Below are positions 7,891 through 16,901 of a stretch of DNA of 64,000 nt, in pieces. The stretch covers positions 144,948-208,947 of the forward strand of contig JAQGGT010000006.1 in the NCBI GenBank assembly GCA_028289245.1, written 5' to 3'. The notes beneath the pieces were generated by a model that searched no databases, had not been told where the DNA came from, and was given only the letters and a program-made list of their open reading frames with translations. Position 1 is the first letter of the stretch. The number at the start of each line of letters is the position of its first letter. The DNA comes from Candidatus Saccharimonadota bacterium. Lineage in GTDB: Bacteria; Patescibacteriota; Saccharimonadia; Saccharimonadales; UBA4665. The position numbers were made by a program, and so were the translations under genes.

Positions 7891-9222
7891 CTAATTAGTC
7901 TGCAGTTTGGGCGCAAACGGTGAGTCCGGCGCATCGGGTGGCGGATTCTCGGCCGGCTTAAAGTTGATGTTTTCGATGTCGGACATGTTTGGTGCGGTGA
8001 CGGTGATCTGCATGTTATAGGTGTTGGGGAGGCAGAAGCTGTCGCAGTGACGGGTATTGTCGAAGTTCCGAGTGTCTATTGTCAGGGTACCGTCTTTTAC
8101 AGTGGTTTTTATATTGGAGAGGTCGGGATTACCGTAGTACTGGTAGCGCACCGAATAGTTGCTGCCTGCCTGGTAGTTGATGATGACGAACCCGCGATTT
8201 TCATTAGTGTCAATCTTACTAAAGGCAGGCATGGTGTACGAAACACTATGTGTATTGGCGTTGTAACGATCACGAATGTGCGGAGCGGCGTCGCCGGCCA
8301 GCGCACCACCGACAGCCAAGTTAATAAAAATTAATCCAACTAGCAGTCCGGTTATCAAACCGCCGAGCGGCCACTTGTGGCGGAAAATTGCCATCCCAAA
8401 TAGGACGATGAACAGTGATAGTAGCCCTGCTGTTAGTAGGGCAGAGTACAGCAAGAGGTGCTCAGTGATGCCGATTGGGAATAGGCTGCTGTCCAAAACC
8501 TGATGGCTATCGAGCGCCAGGTAAACGGCCGTCAGTAGCAATCCAAATAGCCCAAACAAGCCGGCGAGTACAAAGGTAAAGCCAATAATCTTAATGACGG
8601 TACGGAGTAGCCCATTAATAGGGCCAGCTAACGTCGCATTAGCCCGCTGCGCGGCACCTTTGACATCGGCACGCTCAGCGACCTCGCGCAGACTGCCGAT
8701 ATTGACCGGCTTGCCATCCATTTTCAGCCGGTCGCTCGCAGTTTTGGCCGCCGGTATGGTTAGCCACAAAACCAGGTATAGCAGAATCCCCCAGCCACCA
8801 GCAAAAACCAATAGTATGAATCCAATTCGAACTAGCACGGCGTCCACACCAAGGTAACGGCCAATGCCGGCCGCCACGCCTGCCAGCTGGGCGTTATCCG
8901 TATCCCGAAACAGGCGTTTGTTGCGTGTTGGTTCATCAACTTCGGCTTCTTCGTCATCCAAAGTTGGGTTGTCGTCTTTGAAGTCGCGTGGGTCGCCGAG
9001 TTGCTCTTTGAGGAAGTCGACGTCTGCTGGCAGAATCACTTTTTCGCCGCTGATGCCATGCTCGCTCAGTAGCTCAGCCATCCGTAGTTCGACTTCTTCA
9101 GCAACGCTCTGGTCGCTAACAACTTTGACGATGGCGTCGAGGTAGGCCCGAAGCGCCTGGTGGGCTCCCACCGATATGGTAAAAGCCTGGCGGCCTAAGT
9201 GGATCTGGGTGACTTCATTCAT
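7891..9222 (-). CDS. PspC domain-containing membrane protein
   Basis: KRLFRDTDNAQLAGVAAGIGRYLGVDAVLVRIGFILLVFAGGWGILLYLVLWLTIP is a PspC domain, followed by further TM segments. The start is set at MNEVTQ (9220-9222), which overlaps the PadR stop by 8 nt. Confidence 0.8.
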   Translation of the reverse strand: MNEVTQIHLGRQAFTISVGAHQALRAYLDAIVKVVSDQSVAEEVELRMAELLSEHGISGEKVILPADVDFLKEQLGDPRDFKDDNPTLDDEEAEVDEPTRNKRLFRDTDNAQLAGVAAGIGRYLGVDAVLVRIGFILLVFAGGWGILLYLVLWLTIPAAKTASDRLKMDGKPVNIGSLREVAERADVKGAAQRANATLAGPINGLLRTVIKIIGFTFVLAGLFGLFGLLLTAVYLALDSHQVLDSSLFPIGITEHLLLYSALLTAGLLSLFIVLFGMAIFRHKWPLGGLITGLLVGLIFINLAVGGALAGDAAPHIRDRYNANTHSVSYTMPAFSKIDTNENRGFVIINYQAGSNYSVRYQYYGNPDLSNIKTTVKDGTLTIDTRNFDNTRHCDSFCLPNTYNMQITVTAPNMSDIENINFKPAENPPPDAPDSPFAPKLQTN

Positions 9223-9577
9223 GGTGGGCTCCTTTTTCGAGGGCGTTAATTGAGGCATGTAGTTTGCGATAATTGCTGCGTAGTTCGATGAGCAGGGCTT
9301 GGCCATCGTCGGTGAGCCAGTAGTATTTGCGCGGCGGGCCTTGCTCACTTTCTTGCCATTCATAAACCAGCACGTTGTCCTTAGCCAGTCGGTTCAGTAG
9401 TGGATAGAGCGTACCTTCGACGACGATTAGCTGGGCCTGGCGCAGGGAGCGAATGATCTCCGAAGTGTAAACTTTGCCATCTTTGAGCAGTAGTAACACG
9501 CAGTACACCAGCATGCCCTTACGCATTTGGGTTTCCGACTGAGTAATCAAGCTGTTGTCGTCACTAGTTTCATTCAT
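9215..9577 (-). CDS. PadR family transcriptional regulator
   Basis: MRKGMLVYCVLLLLKDGKVYTSEIIRSL...VVEGTLYPLLNRLAKDNVLVYEWQESEQGPPRKYYWLTDDG is a canonical PadR winged helix. Confidence 0.85.
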   Translation of the reverse strand: MNETSDDNSLITQSETQMRKGMLVYCVLLLLKDGKVYTSEIIRSLRQAQLIVVEGTLYPLLNRLAKDNVLVYEWQESEQGPPRKYYWLTDDGQALLIELRSNYRKLHASINALEKGAHHE

Positions 9578-9712
9578 ATACTACCATGCTATACAAGGTA
9601 CTATTAATTGTCAACTAGGTAGTCTCGGTTGCGGGTCGTAGCTAAATTTTATACATACGGCCTACATCGATTCTGTCATCGTAAGCCTACAAAATAATTG
9701 AAGGAGTCAGCC

Positions 9713-9859
9713 ATGTTATTAACAATTGCAGTAATTCTATTAGTATTATGGATCTTAGGTTTAGTCATACACGTTGGGGGCGCGCTAATTCACCTGGTGC
9801 TAGTAGTAGCGGTTATTATGGCTATTGTCCACTTCATCCAGAGGCACGCCAAGCGCTAA
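9713..9859 (+). CDS. small two-TM membrane protein (48 aa; lmo0937-like family)
   Basis: Hand translation gives MLLTIAVILLVLWILGLVIHVGGALIHLVLVVAVIMAIVHFIQRHAKR. The SD AAGGAG (9701-9706) lies 6 nt upstream. It is below the ORF-track cutoff. Confidence 0.55.
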   Translation: MLLTIAVILLVLWILGLVIHVGGALIHLVLVVAVIMAIVHFIQRHAKR

Positions 9860-9873
9860 TCTAGGCGCTGCAT

Positions 9874-9996
9874 CTAGTGATTGAAAAGCAGATTAAGAAC
9901 TAGCGTCAAGAAAAGGCTCAAGACTATACTTGTAAGCCAAAAGACCTTGATATAGACTCTGCCGTGCTGGTCAAATCGTCGGGGTGTAAACTTCAT
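9874..9996 (-). CDS. candidate small membrane protein (40 aa)
   Basis: MKFTPRRFDQHGRVYIKVFWLTSIVLSLFLTLVLNLLFNH. TATAGT (revcomp of 10004-10009) lies 7 nt upstream of the ATG, matching the leaderless pattern seen elsewhere in the window. Confidence 0.3.
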   Translation of the reverse strand: MKFTPRRFDQHGRVYIKVFWLTSIVLSLFLTLVLNLLFNH

Positions 9997-10083
9997 GGCC
10001 GCTACTATACATAACGACCGGGTAGGGGGCTGTAAGAAAAATCATCCTGGCAATAGAGACCGCCACGTAATGAAACATAAGGG

Positions 10084-10111
10084 TTTACAAATATGCGTTA
10101 AGTGGTATAAT
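10084..10111 (+). promoter_or_regulatory. strong sigma70-type promoter (extended -10)
   Basis: TTTACA (10084-10089), 16 nt, then TGgTATAAT (10103-10111). Confidence 0.55.
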
Positions 10112-10117
10112 GCTAAA

Positions 10118-10292
10118 GTTATGAACCAATATAACCGAATTCAACTCCAGTCAGTCGGCACCACTTCATATAGTGGCGTTGCTGTATTTGGCAAACTCCC
10201 TATGGGGTTGTTGCGTTCGGGCGTATCGGATCTACTTAGTTAAATAAACAAGTTCATAGTTCACGATACGCCTCCGAAATGGAGGCGTTTTT
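10118..10292 (+). ncRNA. candidate small RNA or cis-regulatory leader (class not recognised)
   Basis: It is bounded by the promoter at 10084-10111 and the intrinsic terminator at 10268-10292. TATGAAC near the 5' end (10120-10126) can pair with GTTCATA (10252-10258). The only ORF inside (40 aa from 10121) lacks an SD. Confidence 0.4.
10268..10292 (+). terminator. intrinsic terminator
   Basis: ACGCCTCC-gaaat-GGAGGCGT followed by TTTTT. Confidence 0.7.
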
Positions 10293-10327
10293 AGTATAGA
10301 AACTCACCGTTCGGAGGCGGATCGGGT

Positions 10328-10343
10328 CTTAGGAAATCCTAAG
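10328..10343. promoter_or_regulatory. perfect 7-2-7 palindrome, candidate operator upstream of the MFS gene
   Basis: CTTAGGA-aa-TCCTAAG lies 44 nt upstream of the MFS ATG. A 2-nt loop is too short for an RNA hairpin, so a DNA operator is more likely. Confidence 0.3.
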
Positions 10344-10386
10344 TACCCCCGTTGTCATCTCTTTAACAATTCAGAAAGGATCCATC

Positions 10387-11559
10387 ATGGACCGATACAA
10401 GGAGAATGCCAAATGGCTGATGTATTTCGCGCCGTTTCGCAATCTCTCTATTAGTGCGGCTTTCCTCACGCCTTTCTTTCTCGAGAGGGGATTGAGCTTG
10501 TCGCAGGTGTTCTTGCTGCAATCGATATTTTCCATAGCCTCCGTGCTGTGGGAATTGCCGAGCGGTATGATCGCCGACCGATATGGGAGGGCCTTTAGCA
10601 TTAAATTGAGCGCACCGATTGCCGTTGTTGTCTTCACCGCCTATGGTTTCAGCAATCAGTTTTGGCAGTTTGCCATCTGGGAGCTGATGTTAGCCATCGC
10701 CAACGGACTCATCAGCGGCATTGACACGGCGCTACTGCTCGATTCGCTCAAGGCCGATGGCCGCGAGCACGAGTACGTTACGCTGAGTCAGCGCATCAAC
10801 GCTTGGGGCTTCGCTTCGACGGCTGCCGGTGTACCGGTAGCAATTGCGCTAGTGCACTTTGTAAGCCTCCGCTCTACACTCGTGGCTGATGGCTTACTGA
10901 CGTTAGTCGGTAACTATTTTGCCTTCAAGCTGGTGGAAGCGCCGCGCTTCAATGGTAGCCAAGAAGCAGTTCGCCTGTCGGCCTGGCACGCCATGCGGCG
11001 GCTTGGTCGTAATGCCGAAGCGCGTTGGCTGGTCGTGTTGGGTTCAGCTCTGGCTACCTCGACCTACCTGGCGTTCTGGTTAGCCGCACCATACTACACT
11101 CGCATGGGTGTCCCGGTGGTGCTGTTTAGTGTCATCCTGGCTATTCGAAGTTTGTGGAAAGCTTGGCTTTCTCGCCGCTTCATTCAGGAACGACACATCG
11201 AACGCAATATGCTGGTCTACGCCTCACTGGCTGGTCTAGTCTATCTTGCGATGGCTACCGGTCAACTGTGGCTGATCTGGCTAGTGCTCGGACACGATGT
11301 TGTGCAGGCACTGCATGCCCAGCCGCTTACCTCACAGCTGAACCTTCATATTGACCACGAATTTCGGGCCACCATGAACAGCTTGGTAAACCTCATAGAG
11401 CGGCTCGTCTATTCATTGGCCGGACCACTCGTTGGTTGGCTGGTTGATCGGCGCGGTCTAGCGACTGGGTTTGTGGTTACGGGTTTGGTTTGTAGCATCA
11501 CCGCTTTCGTGGCAATCGCCCGATTGCATCGACTCAAAACATTTGAAATAAGGAGATGA
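10387..11559 (+). CDS. MFS transporter
   Basis: 390 aa with about 12 TM segments. The loop between TM2 and TM3, ELPSGMIADRYGR, matches the MFS signature G-x-x-x-D-R-x-G-R. Confidence 0.85.
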   Translation: MDRYKENAKWLMYFAPFRNLSISAAFLTPFFLERGLSLSQVFLLQSIFSIASVLWELPSGMIADRYGRAFSIKLSAPIAVVVFTAYGFSNQFWQFAIWELMLAIANGLISGIDTALLLDSLKADGREHEYVTLSQRINAWGFASTAAGVPVAIALVHFVSLRSTLVADGLLTLVGNYFAFKLVEAPRFNGSQEAVRLSAWHAMRRLGRNAEARWLVVLGSALATSTYLAFWLAAPYYTRMGVPVVLFSVILAIRSLWKAWLSRRFIQERHIERNMLVYASLAGLVYLAMATGQLWLIWLVLGHDVVQALHAQPLTSQLNLHIDHEFRATMNSLVNLIERLVYSLAGPLVGWLVDRRGLATGFVVTGLVCSITAFVAIARLHRLKTFEIRR

Positions 11560-11564
11560 CAACC

Positions 11565-11593
11565 GCCCGAGGGGTATATTTTACCCCTCGGGC
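11565..11593 (+). terminator. hairpin after the MFS gene (possible terminator)
   Basis: A perfect 10-bp stem, GCCCGAGGGG-tatatttta-CCCCTCGGGC, begins 6 nt after the stop. The T-run is weak. Confidence 0.45.
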
Positions 11594-11732
11594 ACTTCAT
11601 GTTTTGTTCATTACACGTAAATTGGAGATAGCTATGACACTTAAATCCTGATACCACGAGGGAGGCCTCCGGGCCTCCCGCCCTAGTTTTTCACGACTGA
11701 CCCCGCGGGTGTAGTAGACTTAAAGCATAACC

Positions 11733-12686
11733 ATGAATAGTACTGCTACTAGTGCCCAGAGCCAAAAACACGATAACGTAGAGTGGGTAGACCTCGAGAA
11801 CCCCGACGCCGAGCTATTGAAACAGCTCGAACAGGAGTATCATCTCCACCCGGTGCACCTCCAGGAGAGTCTGCAAAAGGTGCAGCACATTCAGGTCGAG
11901 CACGAGGAGAACTACCTGTTCCTCGTACTGCATGCCCCGATTGCCGATGCGCTGACCGGTAAAATTACCATTACCCAGATCGGTATGTTTTTAGGCCGCG
12001 ATTTCTTGATCACTATTCGCAGCGGCGCTTGCCCCTCGGTGACCGATCTTTTCGGGCGCAGCCAACAACATCAGCCCACTGCCAAGCAGTGCTTTAAGCG
12101 CGGCAGCAGTTATTTATTATTTATGGTCATCGACGTGCTACTCGATGGCATTTCGGCCATGACCGACGAAGTTGTCGGCGAACTCGATGACCTTGAAGAC
12201 CTGGTGTTTGATAACAACAAATCCGACGCCGAGCGCATTGGCAAAGTGCGCCAAAAGATTGTCCGCTTGCGCCGGGTGATCGGGCCAAAACGCATCGTGT
12301 TGCAGGATTTGGCCGAACGCATCGATAGCTTTAGCGGCCAGGCGATGTCGAAACATTATTCTAACAACACCAAAACAGTCCACAAATTATGGGAAGAGAT
12401 CGAGGAAGCTAAAGAAACCGTCGAGATCTTTAAAGATGCCGATTTTACCACCAGCACCGAGCAAACCAACAAAATTTTAACCGTGTTGACGCTGGTGTTT
12501 ACCTTTACCATTCCCGTCACAGTTGTGGCCTCGCTCTATGGCACCAATGTGCTTTTACCCGGTGGCCTAGAGGCCGGCAACTGGGCCTTTTTGGGGCGCT
12601 ACACTACGTTTATTGTGCTGCTGGTCGTATCGGCAGTACTGGCCACTGCGATGTACATTTACTTCAAAAGCAAAAAGTGGTTTTAG
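11733..12686 (+). CDS. corA: CorA family divalent cation transporter (GTN variant of the GMN motif)
   Basis: 317 aa with a cytoplasmic N-domain and two C-terminal TM helices. The loop motif LYGTNVLLPGG occupies the YGMNF..MP position. Confidence 0.85.
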   Translation: MNSTATSAQSQKHDNVEWVDLENPDAELLKQLEQEYHLHPVHLQESLQKVQHIQVEHEENYLFLVLHAPIADALTGKITITQIGMFLGRDFLITIRSGACPSVTDLFGRSQQHQPTAKQCFKRGSSYLLFMVIDVLLDGISAMTDEVVGELDDLEDLVFDNNKSDAERIGKVRQKIVRLRRVIGPKRIVLQDLAERIDSFSGQAMSKHYSNNTKTVHKLWEEIEEAKETVEIFKDADFTTSTEQTNKILTVLTLVFTFTIPVTVVASLYGTNVLLPGGLEAGNWAFLGRYTTFIVLLVVSAVLATAMYIYFKSKKWF

Positions 12687-12736
12687 GCAAAAAATGTTAC
12701 ATTGCCATGAGCCCGAGTTAGGTATAGTGAAGCAGC

Positions 12737-13621
12737 ATGGCAGCCTACACCGCGATTATCATTATTTACAACCCAAATAGTACCGGCTCGGGTAAGACGC
12801 TGGCCGAGGAACTCAAGCAGCAGCTTGACGAAATTTCGGTGCAAAATGTCAAAATCATTGCCACGGAATATGCTGGCCATGCCGAGAAGCTAGCGTATAC
12901 CTTAGCCAAAGCCTCTTCACGACCGCTTGTTATCTCGGCCAGCGGCGACGGCGGCTACAACGAAGTCGTCAACGGTATTCTCCGGGCAAAAAACCAAGGT
13001 GCAAAAGCGGTGGCCGGCCTGTTACCTGCGGGCAACGCCAACGATCACTATCATCACCTGCACGACGGTGATCTAATTACGGCAATTCTAAATGGCAAGA
13101 CGAAAAAGATCGACCTGCTGCACTTATCGGCCACGGTTGACGGTAAGCCGTATGAGCGCTACGCCCATTCGTACATCGGTATGGGGCTGACGCCAAAAGT
13201 CGGCCAAGAGCTTAACAAAACGCAGTTAAATCGTCTAAAAGAGATGTATATAGTGGCCAAATCATTGGTGGCATTGCAACCGGTTCGGCTCAAAGTGAAC
13301 GGCAAGAAGCGCACTTACGACAGCTTGATTTTTAGCAATATCAACAAGATGTCAAAAGTCCTAACCATAGCCAAGGACGCCAAACATAACGACGGGCAGT
13401 TTGAGATCACCACCTTTTATCGTCGCAATAAACTAAAGCTTTTGCTGGCTCTACTCCATGCTTCAACGTTTGGCTACAAGGGTGACACGAAGGCTACCAG
13501 CTTTGCGTTCGAAAGCCTCAAACCGATACTAGTGCAGCTCGACGGCGAGATCGCCACGCTCGATGCCCTGACGGAGGCCCAGGTTAGCGTCCAGCCAAAA
13601 GCGCTCGAATGTGTCGTGTAG
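12737..13621 (+). CDS. diacylglycerol/lipid kinase family protein (YegS/BmrU-like)
   Basis: IIIYNPNSTGSG is followed by SASGDGGYNEVVNGI, equivalent to the GGDGT motif of DAGK_cat. Confidence 0.8.
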   Translation: MAAYTAIIIIYNPNSTGSGKTLAEELKQQLDEISVQNVKIIATEYAGHAEKLAYTLAKASSRPLVISASGDGGYNEVVNGILRAKNQGAKAVAGLLPAGNANDHYHHLHDGDLITAILNGKTKKIDLLHLSATVDGKPYERYAHSYIGMGLTPKVGQELNKTQLNRLKEMYIVAKSLVALQPVRLKVNGKKRTYDSLIFSNINKMSKVLTIAKDAKHNDGQFEITTFYRRNKLKLLLALLHASTFGYKGDTKATSFAFESLKPILVQLDGEIATLDALTEAQVSVQPKALECVV

Positions 13622-13670
13622 CGTCGTGCTCATGCTTGCATAGTGTACGTTTTACACTAAAATAGCTAGT

Positions 13671-14492
13671 ATGAGTACTCCCAATAACGTAGTTTTCGTC
13701 CGTCACGGCCAGTCCGAGGCCAATGTATTGCAAGAGGCTGAGAAAGAAGTCCGCACCCATGAGCTGGCCGCTGAGCTCCGCGAAAGGCCAGACTGGCAGC
13801 ACCGCCTGACCGAAAGGGGCATAGAACAGGCTAAAGCCACCGGCGCCTGGCTGATCGAAAATGTTGGTCCGCTCGAGCAGGCCTTCGACGCCCGGTATGT
13901 CTCGGCATTTTTACGAGCCCGTGAAACCGCCGCTTACTTAGGAGGCACAGCGCTCACCTGGCGCCCGCACTCGTTACTGCACGAACGCGATTGGGGTGAG
14001 TTTGGCGAGGTGCCGCGCTCTGATCGGGCCGAGCTCTATCCGCGAACGACCCGAATGCGTAAAACGGCGCCGCTCTACGCCCGCTATGATGGCGGCGAAG
14101 CTTTGGCCGACAATGTCACGCTACGAGTACGCGACTACCGCCGCACACTCAAGCAAAAATGGCATGGCAAAAATGTCCTGACGGTAGCGCATGGTGATAT
14201 TCTTTCCACCGTTCGTTACGTCAACGAAGAGCTCTTGCCCGAACAATGGGAAGTCATCGAAAAAGATGAGTCCCAGCGCATCAATAATGGCGATATTCTG
14301 TGGTACAGCAACACTAATCCGGCCGACGCCCGTGAGCAGCTGCCGTACCTACACTGGATGCGCATGATTCACCCAACCGACGTTGCGGCCTCACCCTTCG
14401 GCGGCGAATGGCGCGAAATGAATGATAACCGACTGTTCTCTGGTACTGAGCTGCTCAAGTCGGTTGAGCTGGCTCCGCGTCTACTGTCCTAA
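13671..14492 (+). CDS. histidine phosphatase family protein
   Basis: VVFVRHGQSEAN is the RHG motif, with a downstream HG (VAHGDIL). Confidence 0.75.
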   Translation: MSTPNNVVFVRHGQSEANVLQEAEKEVRTHELAAELRERPDWQHRLTERGIEQAKATGAWLIENVGPLEQAFDARYVSAFLRARETAAYLGGTALTWRPHSLLHERDWGEFGEVPRSDRAELYPRTTRMRKTAPLYARYDGGEALADNVTLRVRDYRRTLKQKWHGKNVLTVAHGDILSTVRYVNEELLPEQWEVIEKDESQRINNGDILWYSNTNPADAREQLPYLHWMRMIHPTDVAASPFGGEWREMNDNRLFSGTELLKSVELAPRLLS

Positions 14493-14520
14493 GGGCACGC
14501 CGCCAGGTATACTAGTAAAT

Positions 14521-15228
14521 ATGCAAGAATATCAGACGCCACACGCCGAGCAACATAAATCGCAGCGCGCCGGTTGGTTGCGGGCAGCAGTGCTCGGCGT
14601 TAATGATGGCATCGTTTCGACGGCCAGCTTGATGCTCGGTGTCCTGGCAGCCTCGCAGAGCAGTAAGGCCATCCTCACCGCCGGCGTGGCTGGCCTGGTA
14701 GCCGGGGCGTTGTCGATGGCCGCCGGCGAGTATGTGTCAGTGAGTTCGCAGCGCGATTCCGAGTTGGCCGACATCGCCATCGAGCGTAAATCGCTCGACG
14801 AAAACCCCAAAGAAGAGCTGGCCGAACTAGCCTGGATTTATGAACAGCGCGGCCTCGATGCCAAACTCGCCCAGCAGGTAGCCGAGCAGCTCCACGACCA
14901 CGATGCCGTGGCCGCCCACGCCCGCGACGAGCTAGGAATTGATCACGAAGCGTTAGCCAATCCTACCCAGGCGGCCACAGCCAGCGCCATAGCTTTTTCC
15001 ATTGGTGGTGCCGTGCCAATTATTGCCGCGCTTATTGCTACTAAGAATGCCGGCGGTTGGGCGATTACGATCGCTTCGCTAGTCGCGCTAGCCGTGTCCG
15101 GCGCGGTTGGTGCCTACGTCGGTGGCGGCCACCGCGTTAAAGCTTCGGCCCGCGTGTTTGTGGGCGGTGGCGTGGCTATGGCCATTACGGCGCTCATTGG
15201 CCACGCTATCGGTAATGTAAACTTTTAA
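14521..15228 (+). CDS. VIT1/CCC1 family iron/manganese transporter
   Basis: GWLRAAVLGVNDGIVSTASLMLGV, then MAAGEYVSVSSQRD, with C-terminal TM helices. The start is set at ATG 14521, with TATACT 7 nt upstream. Confidence 0.85.
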   Translation: MQEYQTPHAEQHKSQRAGWLRAAVLGVNDGIVSTASLMLGVLAASQSSKAILTAGVAGLVAGALSMAAGEYVSVSSQRDSELADIAIERKSLDENPKEELAELAWIYEQRGLDAKLAQQVAEQLHDHDAVAAHARDELGIDHEALANPTQAATASAIAFSIGGAVPIIAALIATKNAGGWAITIASLVALAVSGAVGAYVGGGHRVKASARVFVGGGVAMAITALIGHAIGNVNF

Positions 15229-15276
15229 TTACCGCTCATGCTTGCATCTTAGTTGGTGTATGGAACAATAAGGGAT

Positions 15277-16074
15277 ATGCCTGACATTGAGTCCCAACCG
15301 CTCGACCTCCAAGCACCCCAGTACTGGGATGATTACGACATCCATGATGACGCGACCTTTCTTGAGGCTGAGCAATCAGACATCCCCTATCCACTGAGCC
15401 GATTGAATTACCGATTAACCAAAGCCTTCTTGGGCTTAGCACTCGGGGAGGTCGCCCGGGGTAACGGTACTGAGGTTAATTTTGGTGCCGGCACTGAGTA
15501 TGGTAGTACAGCGGCCGAGTATAGCCTAGTAGTCGTCGAATCCGAGTCACTGACTAAAATGAGTGCCCGCAAAAAGCAGGCCAAGCTCCCCATGCCTCAC
15601 GAAGCCCATCCCGCATTTGAACGTCCATATAGTCACTATTGGGCCAATAACCAACCACGTCTCGGCGCGCAGCCGTTAGGCAAGCTACGCATGCAGCTCG
15701 ACGATGGTCTGTCCTACGGCCGGGATTTACGGTGGGGAGTTGTAACTACCAGCCGTCATCAGCGCGTGATTCAGCCGTTTGCCTTTGATGGCCCCCTGTT
15801 ACTCCCCAACGGGATTGTGAAGACGGCGCGTGGCGGCCGCATCAACGCCTTACTCGATGGCAGTCTTTTGCCGTTGCCGATAGCCGTCGGTAAGGTAGCC
15901 GTGCAGCCCCGGATTGAGGCGAGGTCGTTCCGGATGGATGTTCTGGAGCGAGTTAGGGCTATTGAAGTCGCCTATGTATGGCCAAGCGGCGGTTCCAACG
16001 GCGGCAAGCGCGTGTTCGACCGTGCCCCGGCGCGAGCCCGGTTTGGTTTCAATTCTTTGCCGGCCCAGACCTAG
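15277..16074 (+). CDS. hypothetical protein
   Basis: A long ORF with no recognisable motifs. The start is uncertain (TTG 15253 or ATG 15277). Confidence 0.5.
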   Translation: MPDIESQPLDLQAPQYWDDYDIHDDATFLEAEQSDIPYPLSRLNYRLTKAFLGLALGEVARGNGTEVNFGAGTEYGSTAAEYSLVVVESESLTKMSARKKQAKLPMPHEAHPAFERPYSHYWANNQPRLGAQPLGKLRMQLDDGLSYGRDLRWGVVTTSRHQRVIQPFAFDGPLLLPNGIVKTARGGRINALLDGSLLPLPIAVGKVAVQPRIEARSFRMDVLERVRAIEVAYVWPSGGSNGGKRVFDRAPARARFGFNSLPAQT

Positions 16075-16163
16075 CCCCGGGTGGCGTGCACCTTATCCGC
16101 AGTCTGCTGCTCGTTCCCAACGGCGGTTAGCCTAGCGGCCGGGCAGGGCGTATACTCAGACTA

Positions 16164-16901
16164 ATGGACGCAGAGCAACTTAGCTACGCGGTGGTTCCTG
16201 ACACGCACGGAGAATACGAGCACGTGGCCCGCATGTTAGAAGTTGTCGAGCCGGTGGTCGATAAAATTGTATTTTTGGGAGATGTCGTTGACGGCCGCGA
16301 GCCACGCAAACTGATTGATCTAATTCGAGAGCTCGGTGATAAAGCCGTTACTATACTGGGCAACCACGAATGGGTACTGCGTAACGCCCTTCATGACTCC
16401 ACTGGCCCCCTAACCACTGCTTGGCGCGACCACGTCTGGCTGCCGGGTTACGAGTCGGGTATGTTCCGGGCGTACGGCGTCGAACGTCAAGGTTCCAGCC
16501 ACGAGGATGCCAGCCGACTGCGCGAACGCCTGGCGGAGCTTGGCCACTTTAATTGGCTGCAGAGCTTGCCGCCCTATTATGAGACGCCGAAGTTTGTGGC
16601 GCTACACGCTGGCCCACTGATGACCCGGGCCTGGAGCAAACAGGCTATGCAGCTGCGCTATGAATCGGCGCCGGCAGTGCGGGTAAAAAAAGAACCGCTG
16701 CAGCTGTTTAGCCGTTCAGCCGGCTTAACCAAGGGCGTGCCAAACGCAGTCGACGAGCGGATGTTTATAACTGGCCATGCGCACGTTGGTATGGCTGCTC
16801 GGCGCCGGGCTCAGAACCGCGTCTGTTTGGCGACCCATATCACCGAGGGAGCACCGCTGCTCGTCTGGCACAGCGCCCAGGACATGATCGCCGAGTACTA
16901 G
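16164..16901 (+). CDS. metallophosphoesterase (calcineurin-like phosphatase family)
   Basis: Motifs DTHGE, GDVVDGRE and GNHE. TATACT lies 7 nt upstream of the ATG. Confidence 0.75.
   Translation: MDAEQLSYAVVPDTHGEYEHVARMLEVVEPVVDKIVFLGDVVDGREPRKLIDLIRELGDKAVTILGNHEWVLRNALHDSTGPLTTAWRDHVWLPGYESGMFRAYGVERQGSSHEDASRLRERLAELGHFNWLQSLPPYYETPKFVALHAGPLMTRAWSKQAMQLRYESAPAVRVKKEPLQLFSRSAGLTKGVPNAVDERMFITGHAHVGMAARRRAQNRVCLATHITEGAPLLVWHSAQDMIAEY

Noticed and set aside
9995-10243. 82-aa ORF across the orphan transcription unit
   Set aside because: It begins upstream of and spans the -35/-10 promoter elements, so it cannot be translated from that transcript. It also lacks an SD.
11660-11679. GC-rich hairpin upstream of corA, considered as a Mg2+ (M-box) riboswitch or attenuator
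   Set aside because: The leader is far too short and lacks M-box conserved sequences. The hairpin has no adjacent T-run. It is probably just a structural element or a weak terminator.
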